The notes beneath the pieces were generated by a model that saw only the letters and a program-made list of their open reading frames with translations, did not search any database and had not been told where the DNA came from. Both the position numbers and the translations under genes were made by a program. Of a stretch of 64,000 nt of DNA, positions 11,585 to 25,100 are shown piece by piece. How positions within the stretch are numbered: position 1 is the stretch's first letter; each line of letters begins with the position of its first letter. This DNA is from Paraphysomonas bandaiensis (Eukaryota > Protista > Chrysophyceae): positions 118,564 to 182,563 of the forward strand of contig CBFFRP010000186.1 of assembly GCA_965644295.1 (NCBI GenBank). Reading direction: 5' to 3'.

Positions 11585-14500
11585 TCATTGTCTTACACAA
11601 TACTGGTTAGGGCATTGTCTTGTCTTCCAAACAGTATTGACCCTCCGTTCTTCCGTCATATTATCTTGATACACTGGATGTTCTGCTACCCGATGTCTCG
11701 TTTTAGCCATCCATTTCATTGTTTCTGCGTATGACTTCCCTTTCATGACAACAGGTATACCCTCTGGTGTTCTCACCACAAAAGCACGATGCTCTTTCAA
11801 CTCCTTCACTTCCGCTCCTCCCCATAAGCATGAAGCCGTCATATTAGGTATCAGATCAAACTTACACTTCCATATGCTCTGTATCGGATGTCCAGTCTTC
11901 AATTCTCCCAACATTTCACCATAATACTCCACTCCGTCTATCCGCATACATAGATATACATACTTTGTCACTCGTTCCGGACATCTTCCTTGTCCTGTAG
12001 CTCCCATCACCAGGTATTGTTGATCCCTTGGATACTCATGAACTTCTAAACCCATTTCCTCTGCTAGCCCTTCATGCATGAATGCTCCTTCTGATCCACC
12101 ATCCACATGAATTGCCATCGGTATTGTCTCTCCTCTTACAATCGCTTCTCCACACCACCAAGTTAAAGTATCCATCCTTTTCTTCTTATCATCATGTTGT
12201 GCCGGTGACGTCATTGTATCTGCCCCACTGACTTTTCTATTAGACACTTGCTGGTTTCCATCCTCTGACTTCACCGTCTCTAATCCTCTGGTTTCTTCTA
12301 CCCTTTCCTTGGTCGGCTCTCCTACGGTCCGCACATGATGTAAAACATTCCTCATGCTCTTCACCTGCTCTTCTTTTGCATCGGCTACCATTTGTACGAA
12401 TTTTCTTTTCAACACATCTCCAAGTTCTTGCCACGCCTTGCTATTTTGTTTCATGACCTCAAATATCTTCTCCAAAGTCTTCGCCTCAAACTTAGCAAAT
12501 CTCCATGGCTTATATCCGTTAAACTCCGCACATTTCATATATGTCCCGTCATCTTTCTTCCTATCATCTCTAAATGGACAAAAACGGTTCATGTAGTGTT
12601 TAAACCCACATGTCTCACACTTAAGGAACTTCCATGGTCGAGTACTTCTATCTAGTCCATCTATCCTTCGTTCACACTTTTCTGGAGCTGCTCTTCCCGC
12701 ATACACTCCATGCGACCTTACCACCTTCTCACTCTTACTGTTAAGACTGTCTTGATCCACTATCCGAGGTACAATCTGTGCAACAGTAGACACTAAAAAG
12801 TTCCGATCATATTGCACGTTCCTCACTCCCATACACTGCTTTATTTGGATAATGCTCTCCACTTCATCTGCTACTCTTTTACCTACTCGTGGCATATCTA
12901 TAGTCTTCACCTTGAACTTGTGATATAACTCTCTCTCTGGCTCAGTTACTCCCGCTTGCGTAATTAAATATCTTAACTCCATCAGAGACTTCTCAAACGC
13001 CTGTGGTGATTCGTCGGATAACTCGAACCTATCGATCTCCATCATTAATACTGCAGGATCCATCTTTACCCCGAAGGCTTCTGTAAACAATATGGAGAAC
13101 TGATACAGTGCATATCCCCATGCCACAACATCCGTCTCAGGGGTATCCTCTGCTCGTCTGTTCCTATCTATGTCCATTTCGAAGTCACCTGATGCCATTC
13201 TCCATCTTACCTCTTCAGCTAACTCTCCTTTGAATACTGTTCCTCCTCTTATCTCCGCTAATATTCTCATGGGTGACATATTCGCAGTATGCGCTGCTGC
13301 ATAAAGACTATCAAAGAACTGGACACAATCCACTCTCTTCACCATTCCTGTTGAGCGTCCTAAAGCATCAAAGTCTATAGGTTGGAATCTCAGCTTTCCT
13401 GCGGTCTCTATCCTCATCCATCGAGGTATGGGTATCTTCCCTAACAAGTCAAACACATGCTGCGCAACATTCCGAGTCCTCAGAAAACTCTGACACTTTT
13501 CCTCTAACTGCCTATCCAGACTACTCTTGTACTCCTTTCCCACCATATTACACCAGCGGCAGAATGTCTTATATCCACATGTCTCTGCTTCTTCCCGTGT
13601 CATAGTTTGTATTCCTGATAAAGGCCCTCTCATCACTCCCTTCCTATATACTCCTGCGCTGTTCTCCCAGTCATCACTATCTGTTTCATCAACTTCCTCC
13701 ACTACACGCATCCTGTCTGAGGTCCTTCCATTGCTATCACACATGCTCTCTCCTTTCTGTATCCACAACATCCTTGCCTTCTCTGATAACTCCTTCCTAG
13801 CAGCTAACAGCGCCTCTTGCTGAGCCTCCACATACTGTATCCTCTCCCCTATTCGGTTTAGTTCAGTCAGCTGGCTGAGCATCTTTATACCCGTCTCCAT
13901 ACTACCACTCAATAGTTTACTTCGATTCCGGAGCCAATATTCACACGCCTGACGGTGCGCTGCAGTCAACCCTTCATTCCCTACTCCTATCTCTAATTCT
14001 CTCATCAACAGTCGATGCAACTCTCTTTCACTCTGTACACTTCTACTTAATCTCCCAATCTGTCCTTTTACACTCCGTTCTCTACTAGGCTCCACCAGCC
14101 ATTCAGGTACTCTCATCTGCTTTTCTATCTCTTCACCAAGACCTCTGGATAGGTCCCTAAAATTCACTTCTCTCACATAATCCTCTCTTTTACTATATCC
14201 AGGACCTCCTGATGGGCCCCTCAAATCTTCATCTTTCATATAATCATCTCTTCTACTATATCTAGGACCTCCTGATGGGCCCCTCAAATCTTCATCTTTC
14301 ATATAATCATCTCTTCTGTCATATCCAAGACCTCCTAATGGGCCCCTTAAATCTTCATCTTTCATATAATCATCTCCAGGACCTCCTAATGGGCCCCTTA
14401 CATCTTCATCTGTTGCATAATCCTTTCTTCTAATATATCCAGGACCTCCTGATGGGCCCCTCACATCATCTGCTCTTGCGTAAACATCTCTTCTTTTAAT

Positions 14501-14968
14501 CTTCTCTTCTCTTCCTGTGCTCCTCCACGAGCTCTTCATATCATCTCTACTACTCCTATCCCCCATCTCCAGGTCTCTGCCTCCAAGAATAGGATCACGC
14601 ATCCATTCTATCTGCTCTGTAGACCTTCCAGACCAATTGGGTTGGGTTCCACCTTTCCTGTCATCCATACTCTGCATCCTCAGCCCGTGCTCCAATAGGT
14701 CCTTCTGTGCATGGGACCGCAGTTCCTCCTTAGTCTCCTGTCTCTCCTCTCCCTCATGGTCTAGGCTGATACTCTCAATGTCTCCTTCTTCTGGCAAAGG
14801 CTCTCTCTGAGATCGTGCCGATAGTGCGCTGGGTGACGCATGGCTGAGTTGATCACTCTCAACCACTGTACCCAGCCCACGTTGTCCACCAAGTGTAACG
14901 ACTACGGGTGATTGAGCCTCGCTATCATGACTAACATTGCTGGTCTTATCATCCCTGTCCATGTGCAC
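11585..14968 (-). CDS. Gag-aspartic protease polyprotein (1127 aa), no RT/RNase H/integrase
   Basis: Tandem ~19-aa repeats (DYMKDEDLRGPSGGPGY), zinc-knuckle-like CETCGFKHYMNRFC, protease-like IHVDGGSEGAFM. Confidence 0.8.
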   Translation of the reverse strand: MHMDRDDKTSNVSHDSEAQSPVVVTLGGQRGLGTVVESDQLSHASPSALSARSQREPLPEEGDIESISLDHEGEERQETKEELRSHAQKDLLEHGLRMQSMDDRKGGTQPNWSGRSTEQIEWMRDPILGGRDLEMGDRSSRDDMKSSWRSTGREEKIKRRDVYARADDVRGPSGGPGYIRRKDYATDEDVRGPLGGPGDDYMKDEDLRGPLGGLGYDRRDDYMKDEDLRGPSGGPRYSRRDDYMKDEDLRGPSGGPGYSKREDYVREVNFRDLSRGLGEEIEKQMRVPEWLVEPSRERSVKGQIGRLSRSVQSERELHRLLMRELEIGVGNEGLTAAHRQACEYWLRNRSKLLSGSMETGIKMLSQLTELNRIGERIQYVEAQQEALLAARKELSEKARMLWIQKGESMCDSNGRTSDRMRVVEEVDETDSDDWENSAGVYRKGVMRGPLSGIQTMTREEAETCGYKTFCRWCNMVGKEYKSSLDRQLEEKCQSFLRTRNVAQHVFDLLGKIPIPRWMRIETAGKLRFQPIDFDALGRSTGMVKRVDCVQFFDSLYAAAHTANMSPMRILAEIRGGTVFKGELAEEVRWRMASGDFEMDIDRNRRAEDTPETDVVAWGYALYQFSILFTEAFGVKMDPAVLMMEIDRFELSDESPQAFEKSLMELRYLITQAGVTEPERELYHKFKVKTIDMPRVGKRVADEVESIIQIKQCMGVRNVQYDRNFLVSTVAQIVPRIVDQDSLNSKSEKVVRSHGVYAGRAAPEKCERRIDGLDRSTRPWKFLKCETCGFKHYMNRFCPFRDDRKKDDGTYMKCAEFNGYKPWRFAKFEAKTLEKIFEVMKQNSKAWQELGDVLKRKFVQMVADAKEEQVKSMRNVLHHVRTVGEPTKERVEETRGLETVKSEDGNQQVSNRKVSGADTMTSPAQHDDKKKRMDTLTWWCGEAIVRGETIPMAIHVDGGSEGAFMHEGLAEEMGLEVHEYPRDQQYLVMGATGQGRCPERVTKYVYLCMRIDGVEYYGEMLGELKTGHPIQSIWKCKFDLIPNMTASCLWGGAEVKELKEHRAFVVRTPEGIPVVMKGKSYAETMKWMAKTRHRVAEHPVYQDNMTEERRVNTVWKTRQCPNQYCVRQ

Positions 14969-15475
14969 AGGTGATGTGGGTAGGATAGTCTTCTCACAAC
15001 ACTCTTCACTTAACTTCCTCTTCTTACTCTTTACTTCGCTACTTCTTAACTTTCAACTCAACTACGATATCAACTTTCACTATTATATCTAAAACTCCAT
15101 ATCCTTCTACCTATATCCCCATAGTTAATTCTAGAAGTGGTTTCCCAGCCATAAATAGCTAGTTTTCTACTTCCAGAAATAATCATATAGAAATCCCTTA
15201 ACATCCTGCTATCTACTCCTATATCATCCTACAGAATACCTACGTATACCATCATAATACTGTACGGGTTACCATGAACGTCCGTTACATCCGTATGTAC
15301 GGGTAGTTCCGGTACACTCCAACCCTATATCTGGCCTTAATACTCGTATCTTCTAATCTAATCATAACTACCATCTACATCTCATCTCATACTACAACCT
15401 ACATCACTTCATCTTATTCTTCAGCCATAACAACCTCCTAAATCACCCATACTTGTCATACCCAATTTTGCTACA
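14894..15475 (-). repeat. 5' LTR (582 bp)
   Basis: Paired LTR followed on the minus strand by a tRNA-like PBS. Confidence 0.93.
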
Positions 15476-16187
15476 AATCATCTCTGGGCCGTGCACAAGC
15501 AGGGCTGCATAACAATTACTTGTCAACTAATTGACGCAGGTTATAGTCAATATAAATTGCAAGTATTTGCATGCTGAGCCAGTGGGTCATCCTGCTTATC
15601 TCTGTCACTGATATAATATTCTCTGCATTCCCATTTCTGATGACCATCATCAAAGTTCTCGAGTTGAATAGAAACACCCTTGAAATGGATTCTGGTTTTA
15701 AGTTGTCAGACTAGACTATAATACACACTCACGCTATAGTATGATCATGATGATACAATAGCATGATATATATGACCTAAACCATAAATATATAAATATC
15801 CAGGTTTTCGAATGCAGAAAACAGTAAAAAGCCCTGATAATACCATATCCCATATCTAATATTCCCTCCAACATCGGAGTCCTTAGTTGATAGTTGAAGA
15901 CTACTATTTCATCAATGTTCACACATCTAATAGACTTTTACTACTATGCATACATAAAATCGAAATCAAGCACTTCTTATATAACCATTACCATTATTCA
16001 AGGGTATATTTTAGGCATACACTTTACTGCGGAGACAACAATCATTGGTAAGTGTATTCGAGTGTAAAAATTAGGAATTCTTAATTTATCATAATTTGTC
16101 GATTCAACAATTCAATTATATGGCCTCAATAAATGCAGACTATCAAAATCAAAAAGCGCAGCTACTGTTTACTTTGGGAGTCGGCGA

Positions 16188-18320
16188 CTAGGCTGTGTAA
16201 ATGGCAGTGAAGGTTACCTCAGCAGATCCTATGGTGAATACCATACGTTCCCCCAGACTAGACCTGTAATATACTTTACACAAAACACCACATTGCTAAT
16301 TGATATACGTAAATACATTCATACTTCTATCACAATTGTCAAATAAAATGAAGGAGATAATTTGTTTATCTTCCAGTGCATAGATCGTGACATCACATGC
16401 CATATGAGATAGACAAATCTTACTTGAAAGTGGAAATCTGAAGGTCTTTTCTCTCTCCCAAGACTTTGTCATCTCCGAACGTGTTCTTCTCCATTACTCT
16501 TATACAAAGGAAGCCATCACTGTCAGGGAGTGGAGAAAGTATAATCTGCCATACAAATCAGTTTACTAGCGCTCACATACTATATTCCTACCTTTTTCTG
16601 AAATGCAATATTGATACCTTCTACAGTATCTGTTTTAAAGAAGGTTCCCTCGACTCCAGAAGGCTGTCTCCCATCCTTCGGGTGAGCGCATAACTCAACA
16701 TACACCGGAACCTGTTATCCATCCCGCATTTCAGTATATTTCACACATCAACCATGATAAATAATTAACACACACACTGTAACACTTGTAACTAATACTA
16801 CAATATAGAAACTTTCATTTTGATCCGCATTTACCATCAGCTTTCATTTATATATTACCTTTTCTTCCTCAGTCTCAATGGAAACCTTTTCCACTGTTAC
16901 TTCGAGTTTGGAAGGAGGTGGGGCGGTTTTCGCAGCAGCAGTGGCGTATGTGAAGGGCGTAGCTGCATAAAAGTATCAAGTATCAGCACAACTCATATAC
17001 ATTGCTAACCCAAATATACGTGCGGTTCGGTAGAGCGTTACCAAGTATGGTATACAACTACCACATCCAGAATACATTAGTCGCAACATAAATTCAGCTT
17101 ACCGCTGATTCCAAGAACAGGTAGGACGTGCTCTTTGATGATGATATCGTAGAGAACAGTCGCGCCCTGCACATGCATATATTATATCAGATACAACCAA
17201 TAACCCAATGAAGTATATTAAATCATATAGTATCAAGATTTGTAACAATGAAACAATCGACTGGTTTCGCATACATTAAAGGATGGGTGGTAGCACCACA
17301 CAAGAAATGCAATCTTGATCAAGAAGTAGAGCGGAATAAATGAGATGAGGAAATCAGCCACTGATTCGATGATCTAGAGAGCACATACAACACTAATTAG
17401 AAAAACTATATGCAAATATAACAAAAAAACTCAAAAATATACACTTCCGTACAAAACATACATACACATACATACATACACATACATACATACACATACA
17501 TACATACACATACATACAAACACATACATACATACACATACATACATACACAGTACTCATCTGCTTGTATAGGTGTGTGTGCATACTTTGAATTGAGTGA
17601 ATATAATCCAGTAAGTTAACCACTGCTTATCGTCTGCTGTGTCTGCACTCTCAATGGCTTTAACAGAGGCATACAGAGGATACACGAATCCAGCGATATC
17701 CCTATCGGGGTGTTAGTAGATGATATGGTGTGTGTATGCGTATATATGTACAGGCCTCACTGTGTGTGTAGTGTCGTACAGTACATGCGTAGTACAAGGC
17801 AGCGTAGTATGGTATGAAGTTTATAGTATGGAGTGTATAGTGTGAAGTGTATGGTGTGAAGTGTATAGTATGGAGTGTGTAGTATGGAGTGTATAGTATG
17901 GAGTGTATGGTGTGAAGTGTATAGTACGGAGTGTATGGTGTGAAGTGTATAGTATGGAGTGTATGGTGTGAAGTGTATAGTATGGCTTCACACAGAGCAG
18001 TATACATTCTATGATATAGAGTATATAGCTTAGTACAGTACAGTACAGGTGAAGTATAGTATCATGAAGTACAAGGCCAGTACGTGTACTTACACCAACA
18101 GATTGACCCCACAGACCAATAGCAGTATCAGCCCCACTCCGCTTACTATAGAGACAAACAGGATCTCCTTATCAATCGAAGTCTTCTTTGAGACCGCATC
18201 GAGCAAACTATTGGCTGGAGAGTGTTCAATAAATTGGCGTACTTTCAGCTAAAAAAAGTCAATGACGAAGTTAATAAATAGTTTTACGGTTACCTTTAGC
18301 TCAGTTAAGTCGAGACCCAT
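16188..18320 (-). CDS. REEP/Yop1/HVA22 (TB2/DP1) ER-shaping protein with a C-terminal C2-like domain, multi-exon (3' end approximate)
   Basis: Exons read MGLDLTELK / ...DIAGFVYPLYASVKAIESADTADDKQWLTYWIIF / IIESVADFLISFIPLYFLIKIAFLVWCYHPSFN / GATVLYDIII. Later exons give LEVTVEKV, VYVEL, FKTDTV, LCIRVMEKNTFGDDKVLGE. Confidence 0.82.
17805..17985. repeat. 14-bp minisatellite in a REEP intron
   Basis: Alternating GTGTATAGTATGGA / GTGTATGGTGTGAA units. Confidence 0.85.
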
Positions 18321-18362
18321 TGTTAATATACCGTATGATGTAATGCTGTGGTTATGGTCGCT

Positions 18363-18780
18363 ATGACTTCAATTGACTACTCGAATCACATGTTGGTTAT
18401 TATATAAACATATCATGCATATGCATATGGGGGTGGTTCTTGTGTAAATCGATTTTATATCGTTTTTTTCATTGCAAAGTCCTTATTTTTTATGTGAAAA
18501 GTGACTTTTCAACGAAAAAAAACGACAATCTAATCAATTGCGCACAACCATATCGATATTCATGTAGGACGGGCCGTATGAGGTTCATCTCATGGAACGT
18601 CGAGAATTTCAACAGTTTTTCAAGTGTTTTTAATTAGAATTTTTACAAACCCGGGATTTGGTCTATGAAACAGTTTTTATACAGAAAACATGTACTCTGT
18701 ATGTGTTGATCACTTTTGTATGAGTATACTCTTTTTTGTCCATATGTAATTCCAGGATTTTTTACAGAATGCTATTGTAT
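18363..18780 (+). repeat. Diverged direct repeat upstream of the ankyrin array (partner 30717-31015), containing a decayed foldback MITE (18429-18550)
   Basis: ATGACTTCAATTGA...CATATCATGCAT...TGTAGGAC...TCAAGTGTT...TTAGAATTTTT...CCGGGATTTGGT...GAAACAGTTTTT...TTTTTGTCCAT is shared in order with 30717-31015. Confidence 0.7.
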
Positions 18781-19175
18781 ACGTAGGTTTCTGCGCAGAG
18801 ACGTTTTTCGACAAAGATTTTGTAACATGAGCTGTCAAAATGACCACAATTTTATCACAACGAGCTACAGTCCGACACGTGGAGGGCTGGTGTTGAAAAA
18901 CGTCTCCTCGTAGGAATTCCTAGTGGTTTCTGCGGTGGTGTAGAAAAAATCACCTTTTTTGTTGATTGTGCAAAATGTGTTCGTCGAAAACAGAATATAG
19001 ACATATTCCGCATACAGACACTATTGTCCCTTCAAGATACGAAGTGTGGGATACTAGTATTACAGCTACTATGAAGTTGTGGTATGCTGACAATATGCAT
19101 CACAATAAAGTCACATCTGCTGCATATACATACACTTCACTTCACTTCACTTCACTTCTGTTATCAGATACAAAG

Positions 19176-22100
19176 ATGGATGATATTATTACAGCTGCTG
19201 AGAGGGGTGATTCCAATGGTGTGAGGGCGTGTGTTGAGAGGGGTGACAACATACATGAACGAGATACGGTAATAACCATACATACATTCCTTCATGCATA
19301 CATACATGCATATGTAGAGTGTTATGAGGGCATGAGCATATGTGATAATTGTTATTGTTTTATAGAGTGACCGCACAGCTCTTCACTGGGCTGCCATTAG
19401 AGGTCACGGAGATGTAGCTGAGTATCTTTTGGGAGAAGGAGCAGATACAAATATACGAGACAATGTAAGTAACTCCTCTATACATACATATATAAGTAGA
19501 GTGTTATGAGGGCTCATATGTGATTGTTTTTATTGTTTTATAGGGTGGCCGTACAGCTCTTAACTGGGCTGTCTCTAATGGTCATAGCGATATAGCTATG
19601 AGTATTTTGGAAGCAGGAGCAAATGCTAATATACGAGACAATGTAAGTAACCCCTCTATACATACAGACATACATACATGCATGCAGTGTTATGAGGGCT
19701 CATATGTGATTATTGTTATTGTTTTATAGAGTGGCCACACAGCTCTTCACTGGGCTGCCATTAGAGGTCACGGAGAAATATCTGAGTATCTTATGGGAGA
19801 AGGAGCAGATACAAATATACGAGACAGTGTAAGTAACCCCTCGATACATACATACATACATAACATAAGTAGAGTGTTATGAGGGCTCATATGTGATTAT
19901 TGTATTTGTTTTATAGGGTGGCCGTACAGCGCTTCACTGGGCTGTTTCTAATGGTCACAGAGATATAGCTATGTATCTTATGAGAGCAGGAGCAGAGACA
20001 ACTATACGAGACAATGTAAGTAACTCCTCTATACATACATGCATGCATACATGCAGTGTTCTGAGGGTTCATATATGATTTGTATGATTGTTTTGTAGGG
20101 TGGTGATACAGCTCTTCACTGGGCTGTCTCTAGAGGCTATACAGAAATAGCAGAGTATCTTATGAGAGCAGGAGCAGATACTAATATACGAAACAATGTA
20201 TGTTACCCTTCTATGCATACATACATACATAAGTAGAGCGCTGTGAGGGCTCATATGTGATTTGTATTATTGTTTTATAGGATGGGCGTACAGCTCTTCA
20301 CTGGGCTGTCTCTAGAGGTTATAAAGAAATAGCAGATTATCTTTTGAGGGCAGGAGCAGATACTAATATACGAAACAATGTATGTAATTCTTCTATACAT
20401 ACATACATACATAAGTAGAGTGTTATGAGGGCTCATATGTGATTTTTTGTATTGTTGTATAGAAAGGTGAGACAGCTCTTCACTGGGCTGCCATTAGAGG
20501 TCACAGAGATGTAGCTGAGTATCTTTTGAGAGCAAGAGCAGATACAACTATACGAGACAATGTAAGTAACTCCTCTAGACATACATAAATACGTGCAGTG
20601 TTATGAGGTCTCATGTGTGATTTGTATTATTGTTTTATAGGGTGGCCGTACAGCTCTTCACGTGGCTATATCTAGAGGTCACAGTGATATATCAGAGTAT
20701 CTTATAAGGGCAGGAGCTGATATTAATGTACGAGACAATGTAAGTAACCCCTCTATACATACATATATACTTAACTATATGGATATATGGTGATGCAGTG
20801 TGTCACTTGCTTTTATGATGCTTCTTGTTACTTTTGCAGGAGGGAAGGACTCCTGTTGATGTGGCTAAGGATAATGCGATGCGTGAGCTCATCAGAAACG
20901 CACATGTTAGTATGTGTACTGTATGCTTCATCGTATTCTCAGAACCAGAGACATAACTTCACTGGAATCATATGTGTATTGTATAGGCTGAGAGGCAGAG
21001 ACAGCAAGAGGAGGACGCTGCTACCGCTGCAGAGGTATGTGTGTAATGATGTAGTTTTATGATATTGATGCAGTTATATGGTATGATATGTTGGAGTGCC
21101 TTGACTGCGACCATATATGTATGTGTATGTTTGGCGGTGCTGTTAAGATGAGTAGCACCCACTTCTATATGTGCTCAAGCTTCCATATGTGCCGCAGATG
21201 ATGAATTCAAACGAGGTGTTCGAACATAAGATGGATGGTATTATTAGAGCTGCTGAGAGGGGTGATATCAATGGTGTGAGGAGGTGTGTTGAGAGGGGCG
21301 ATAACGTACATGAACGAGACGAGGTAACCCACACACATAAACACATACATTCATTCATACGTACATACATAAGTAGAGTGTTATGAGGGCTCCTATGTGA
21401 TAATTGTTATTGTTTTATAGGATGGGCATACAGCTCTTCACTGGGCTGCCATTAGAGGTCACGGAGATGTAGCTGAGTATCTTATGGGAGAAGGAGCAGA
21501 TACAAGAATACGAGACAATGTACGTAACTCCTCTGTACATACATATATACATACATACACACATAAAGTTGAGTGTTATGAGGGCTCATATGTGATTAAT
21601 ATTATTTTTTTATAGGATGGCCGTACATCTCTTCACTGGGCTGTCTCTAGAGGTTATAAAGATATTGTTCAGTATCTTATGTTGGCAGGAGCAGATACTA
21701 ATATACGAGACAATGTAAGTAACCCCTCTATACATACATACATGCAGTGTTATGAGGGCTCATATGTAATTTGTATTATTGTTTCATAGGATGGGCGTAC
21801 AGCTCTTCACTGGGCTGTCTCTAGAGGTTATAAAGAAATAGCAGAGTATCTTTTGAGGGCAGGAGCAGAGACTAATATACGAAACAATGTATGTAATTCT
21901 TCTATACATACATACATACATAAGTAGAGTGTTATGAGGGCTCATATGTGATTTTTTGTATTGTTGTATAGGGTGGCCGTACAGCTCTTCACTGGGCTGC
22001 CATTAGAGGTCACGAAGATGTAACTGAGTATCTTTTGAGAGCAGGAGCAGATACAACTATACGAGACAATGTAAGTAACTCCTATATACATACATACATA

Positions 22101-25100
22101 CATACATACATACATACATACATACATACATACATACATACATACATACATACATACAAACATACATAAATAAGTAGAGTGTTATGAGGTCTCATGTGTG
22201 ATTTGTATTATTGTTTTATAGGGTGGCCGTACAGCTCTTCACGTGGCTATATCTAGAGGTCACAGTGATATATCAGAGTATCTTATATGGGCAGGAGCTG
22301 ATATTAATGTACGAGACAATGTAAGTAACCCCTCTATACATACATATATACTTAACTATATGGATATATGGTGATGCAGTGTGTCACTTGCTTTTATGAT
22401 GCTTCTTGTTATTTTTGCAGGAGGGAAGGACTCCTGTTGATGTGGCTAAGGATAGTGCGATGCGTGAGCTCATCAGAAACGCACATGTTAGTATGTGTAC
22501 TGTATGCTTCATCGTATTCTCAGAACCAGAGACATAACTTCACTGGAATCATATGTGTATTGTATAGGCTGAGAGGCAGAGACAGCAAGAGGAGGACGCT
22601 GCTACCGCTGCAGAGGTATGTGTGTAATGATGTAGTTTTATGATATTGATGCAGTTATATGGTATGATATGTTGGAGTGCCTTGACTGCGACCATATATG
22701 TATGTGTATGTTTGGCGGTGCTGTTAAGATGAGTAGCACCCACTTCTATATGTGCTCAAGCTTCCATATGTGCCGCAGATGATGAATTCGAACGAGGTGT
22801 TCGAACATAAGATGGATGGTATTATTAGAGCTGCTGAGAGGGGTGATATCAATGGTGTGAGGAGGTGTGTTGAGAGGGGCGATAACATACATGAACGAGA
22901 CGAGGTAACCCACACACATAAACACATACATTCATTCATACGTACATACATAAGTAGAGTGTTATGAGGGCTCATATGTGATAATTGTTATTGTTTTATA
23001 GAGTGGCCACACAGCTCTTCACTGGGCTGCCATTAGAGGTCACGGAGATGTAGCTGAGTATCTTATGGGAGCAGGAGCAGATACAAGAATACGAGACAAT
23101 GTAAGTAACCCTTCTATACATACATACATACATACATACATACATACATACATGCATACAGTGCTATGTTGGCTCATATGTGATTGTTATTATTGTTTTA
23201 TAGGATGGCCGTACATCTCTTCACTGGGCTGCCGTTAGAGGTCACAGTAATATATCAGAGTATCTTATGTTGGCAGGAGCAGATACTAATATACGAGACA
23301 ATGTAAGTAACCCCTCTATACATACATACGTGCAGTGTTATGAGGTCTCATGTGTGATTTGTATTTGTTTTATAGGGTGGCCGTACAGCTCTTCACGTGG
23401 CTATATCTAGAGGTCACAGAGATATATCAGAGTATCTTATGTGGGCAGGAGCTGATATTAATGTACGAGACAATGTAAGTAACTCCTCTGTACATACATA
23501 TATACTTAACCATATGGATATGTGGTGATGCAGTGTGTCACTTGCTTTTATAATGCTTCTTGTTACTTTTGCAGGAGGGAAGGACTCCTGTTGATGTGGC
23601 TAAGGATAATGCGATGCGTGAGCTCATCAGAAACGCACATGTTAGTATGTGTACTGTATGCTTCATCGTATTCTCAGAACCAGAGACATAACTTCACTGG
23701 AATCATATGTGTATTGTATAGGCTGAGAGGCAGAGACAGCAAGAGGAGGACGCTGCTACCGCTGCAGAGGTATGTATGTAATGATGTAGTTTTATGATAT
23801 TGATGCAGTTATATAGTATGATATGTTGGAGTGCCTTGACTGCGACCATATATGTATGTGTATGTTTGGCGGTGCTGTTAAGATGAGTAGCACCCACTTC
23901 TATATGTGCTCAAGCTTCCATATGTGTCACAGATGATGAATTCGAACGAGGTGTTCGAACATAAGATGGATGGTATTATTAGAGCTGCTGAGAGGGGTGA
24001 TATCAATGGTGTGAGGAGGTGTGTTGAGAGGGGCGATAACATACATGAACGAGACGAGGTAACCCACACACATAAACACATACATTCATTCATACGTACA
24101 TACATAAGTAGAGTGTTATGAGGGCTCATATGTGAGTTTTTGTATTGTTGTATAGAGTGGTGCTACAGCTCTTCACTGGACTGCCATTAGAGGTCACAGA
24201 GATGTAGCTGAGTATCTTATGGGAGCAGGAGCAGATACAAGAATACGAGACAATGTAAGTAACCCTTCTATACATACATACATACATACATACATGCATA
24301 CAGTGCTATGTTGGCTCATATGTGATTGTTATTATTGTTTTATAGGATGGCCGTACATCTCTTCACTGGGCTACCATTAGAGGTCACAGTGATATATCAG
24401 AGTATCTTATAAGGGCAGGAGCAGATACAACTATACGAGACAATGTAAGTAACTCCTCTAGACATACATAAATACGTGCAGTGTTATGAGGTCTCATATG
24501 TGATTGATATTATTATTTTATAGGATGGCCGTACAGCTCTTCACTGGGCTGCCATTAGAGGTCACGGAGAAATAGCTATGTGTCTTTTGAGAGCAAGAGC
24601 AGATACTAATATACGAGACAATGTAAGTAACTCCTCTATACATATACATACATACGTGCAGTGTTATGAGGTCTCATGTGTGATTTGTATTTGTTTTATA
24701 GGGTGGCCGTACAGCTCTTCACGTGGCTATATCTAGAGGTCACAGAGATATATCAGAGTATCTTATGTGGGCAGGAGCTGATATTAATGTACGAGACAAT
24801 GTAAGTAACTCCTCTGTACATACATATATACTTAACCATATGGATATGTGGTGATGCAGTGTGTCACTTGCTTTTATAATGCTTCTTGTTACTTTTGCAG
24901 GAGGGAAGGACTCCTGTTGATGTGGCTAAGGATAATGCGATGCGTGAGCTCATCAGAAACGCACATGTTAGTATGTGTACTGTATGCTTCATCGTATTCT
25001 CAGAACCAGAGACATAACTTCACTGGAATCATATGTGTATTGTATAGGCTGAGAGGCAGAGACAGCAAGAGGAGGACGCTGCTACCGCTGCAGAGGTATG

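Larger units (their letters stand above)
10907..15475 (-). mobile_element. Young non-autonomous LTR retroelement encoding gag and protease only
   Basis: Near-identical TGTA...TACA LTRs (10907-11494 and 14894-15475), 4-bp TSD AATC, PPT AGGGGGAAG (11495-11503), PBS TGGTGGACAACGTGGG (~14876-14891). Confidence 0.93.

Noticed and set aside
20787-21062. Repeated 91-aa [12 protein letters not shown]... and antisense small ORFs in each module
   Set aside because: Out-of-frame read-through of introns plus cap and linker exons.
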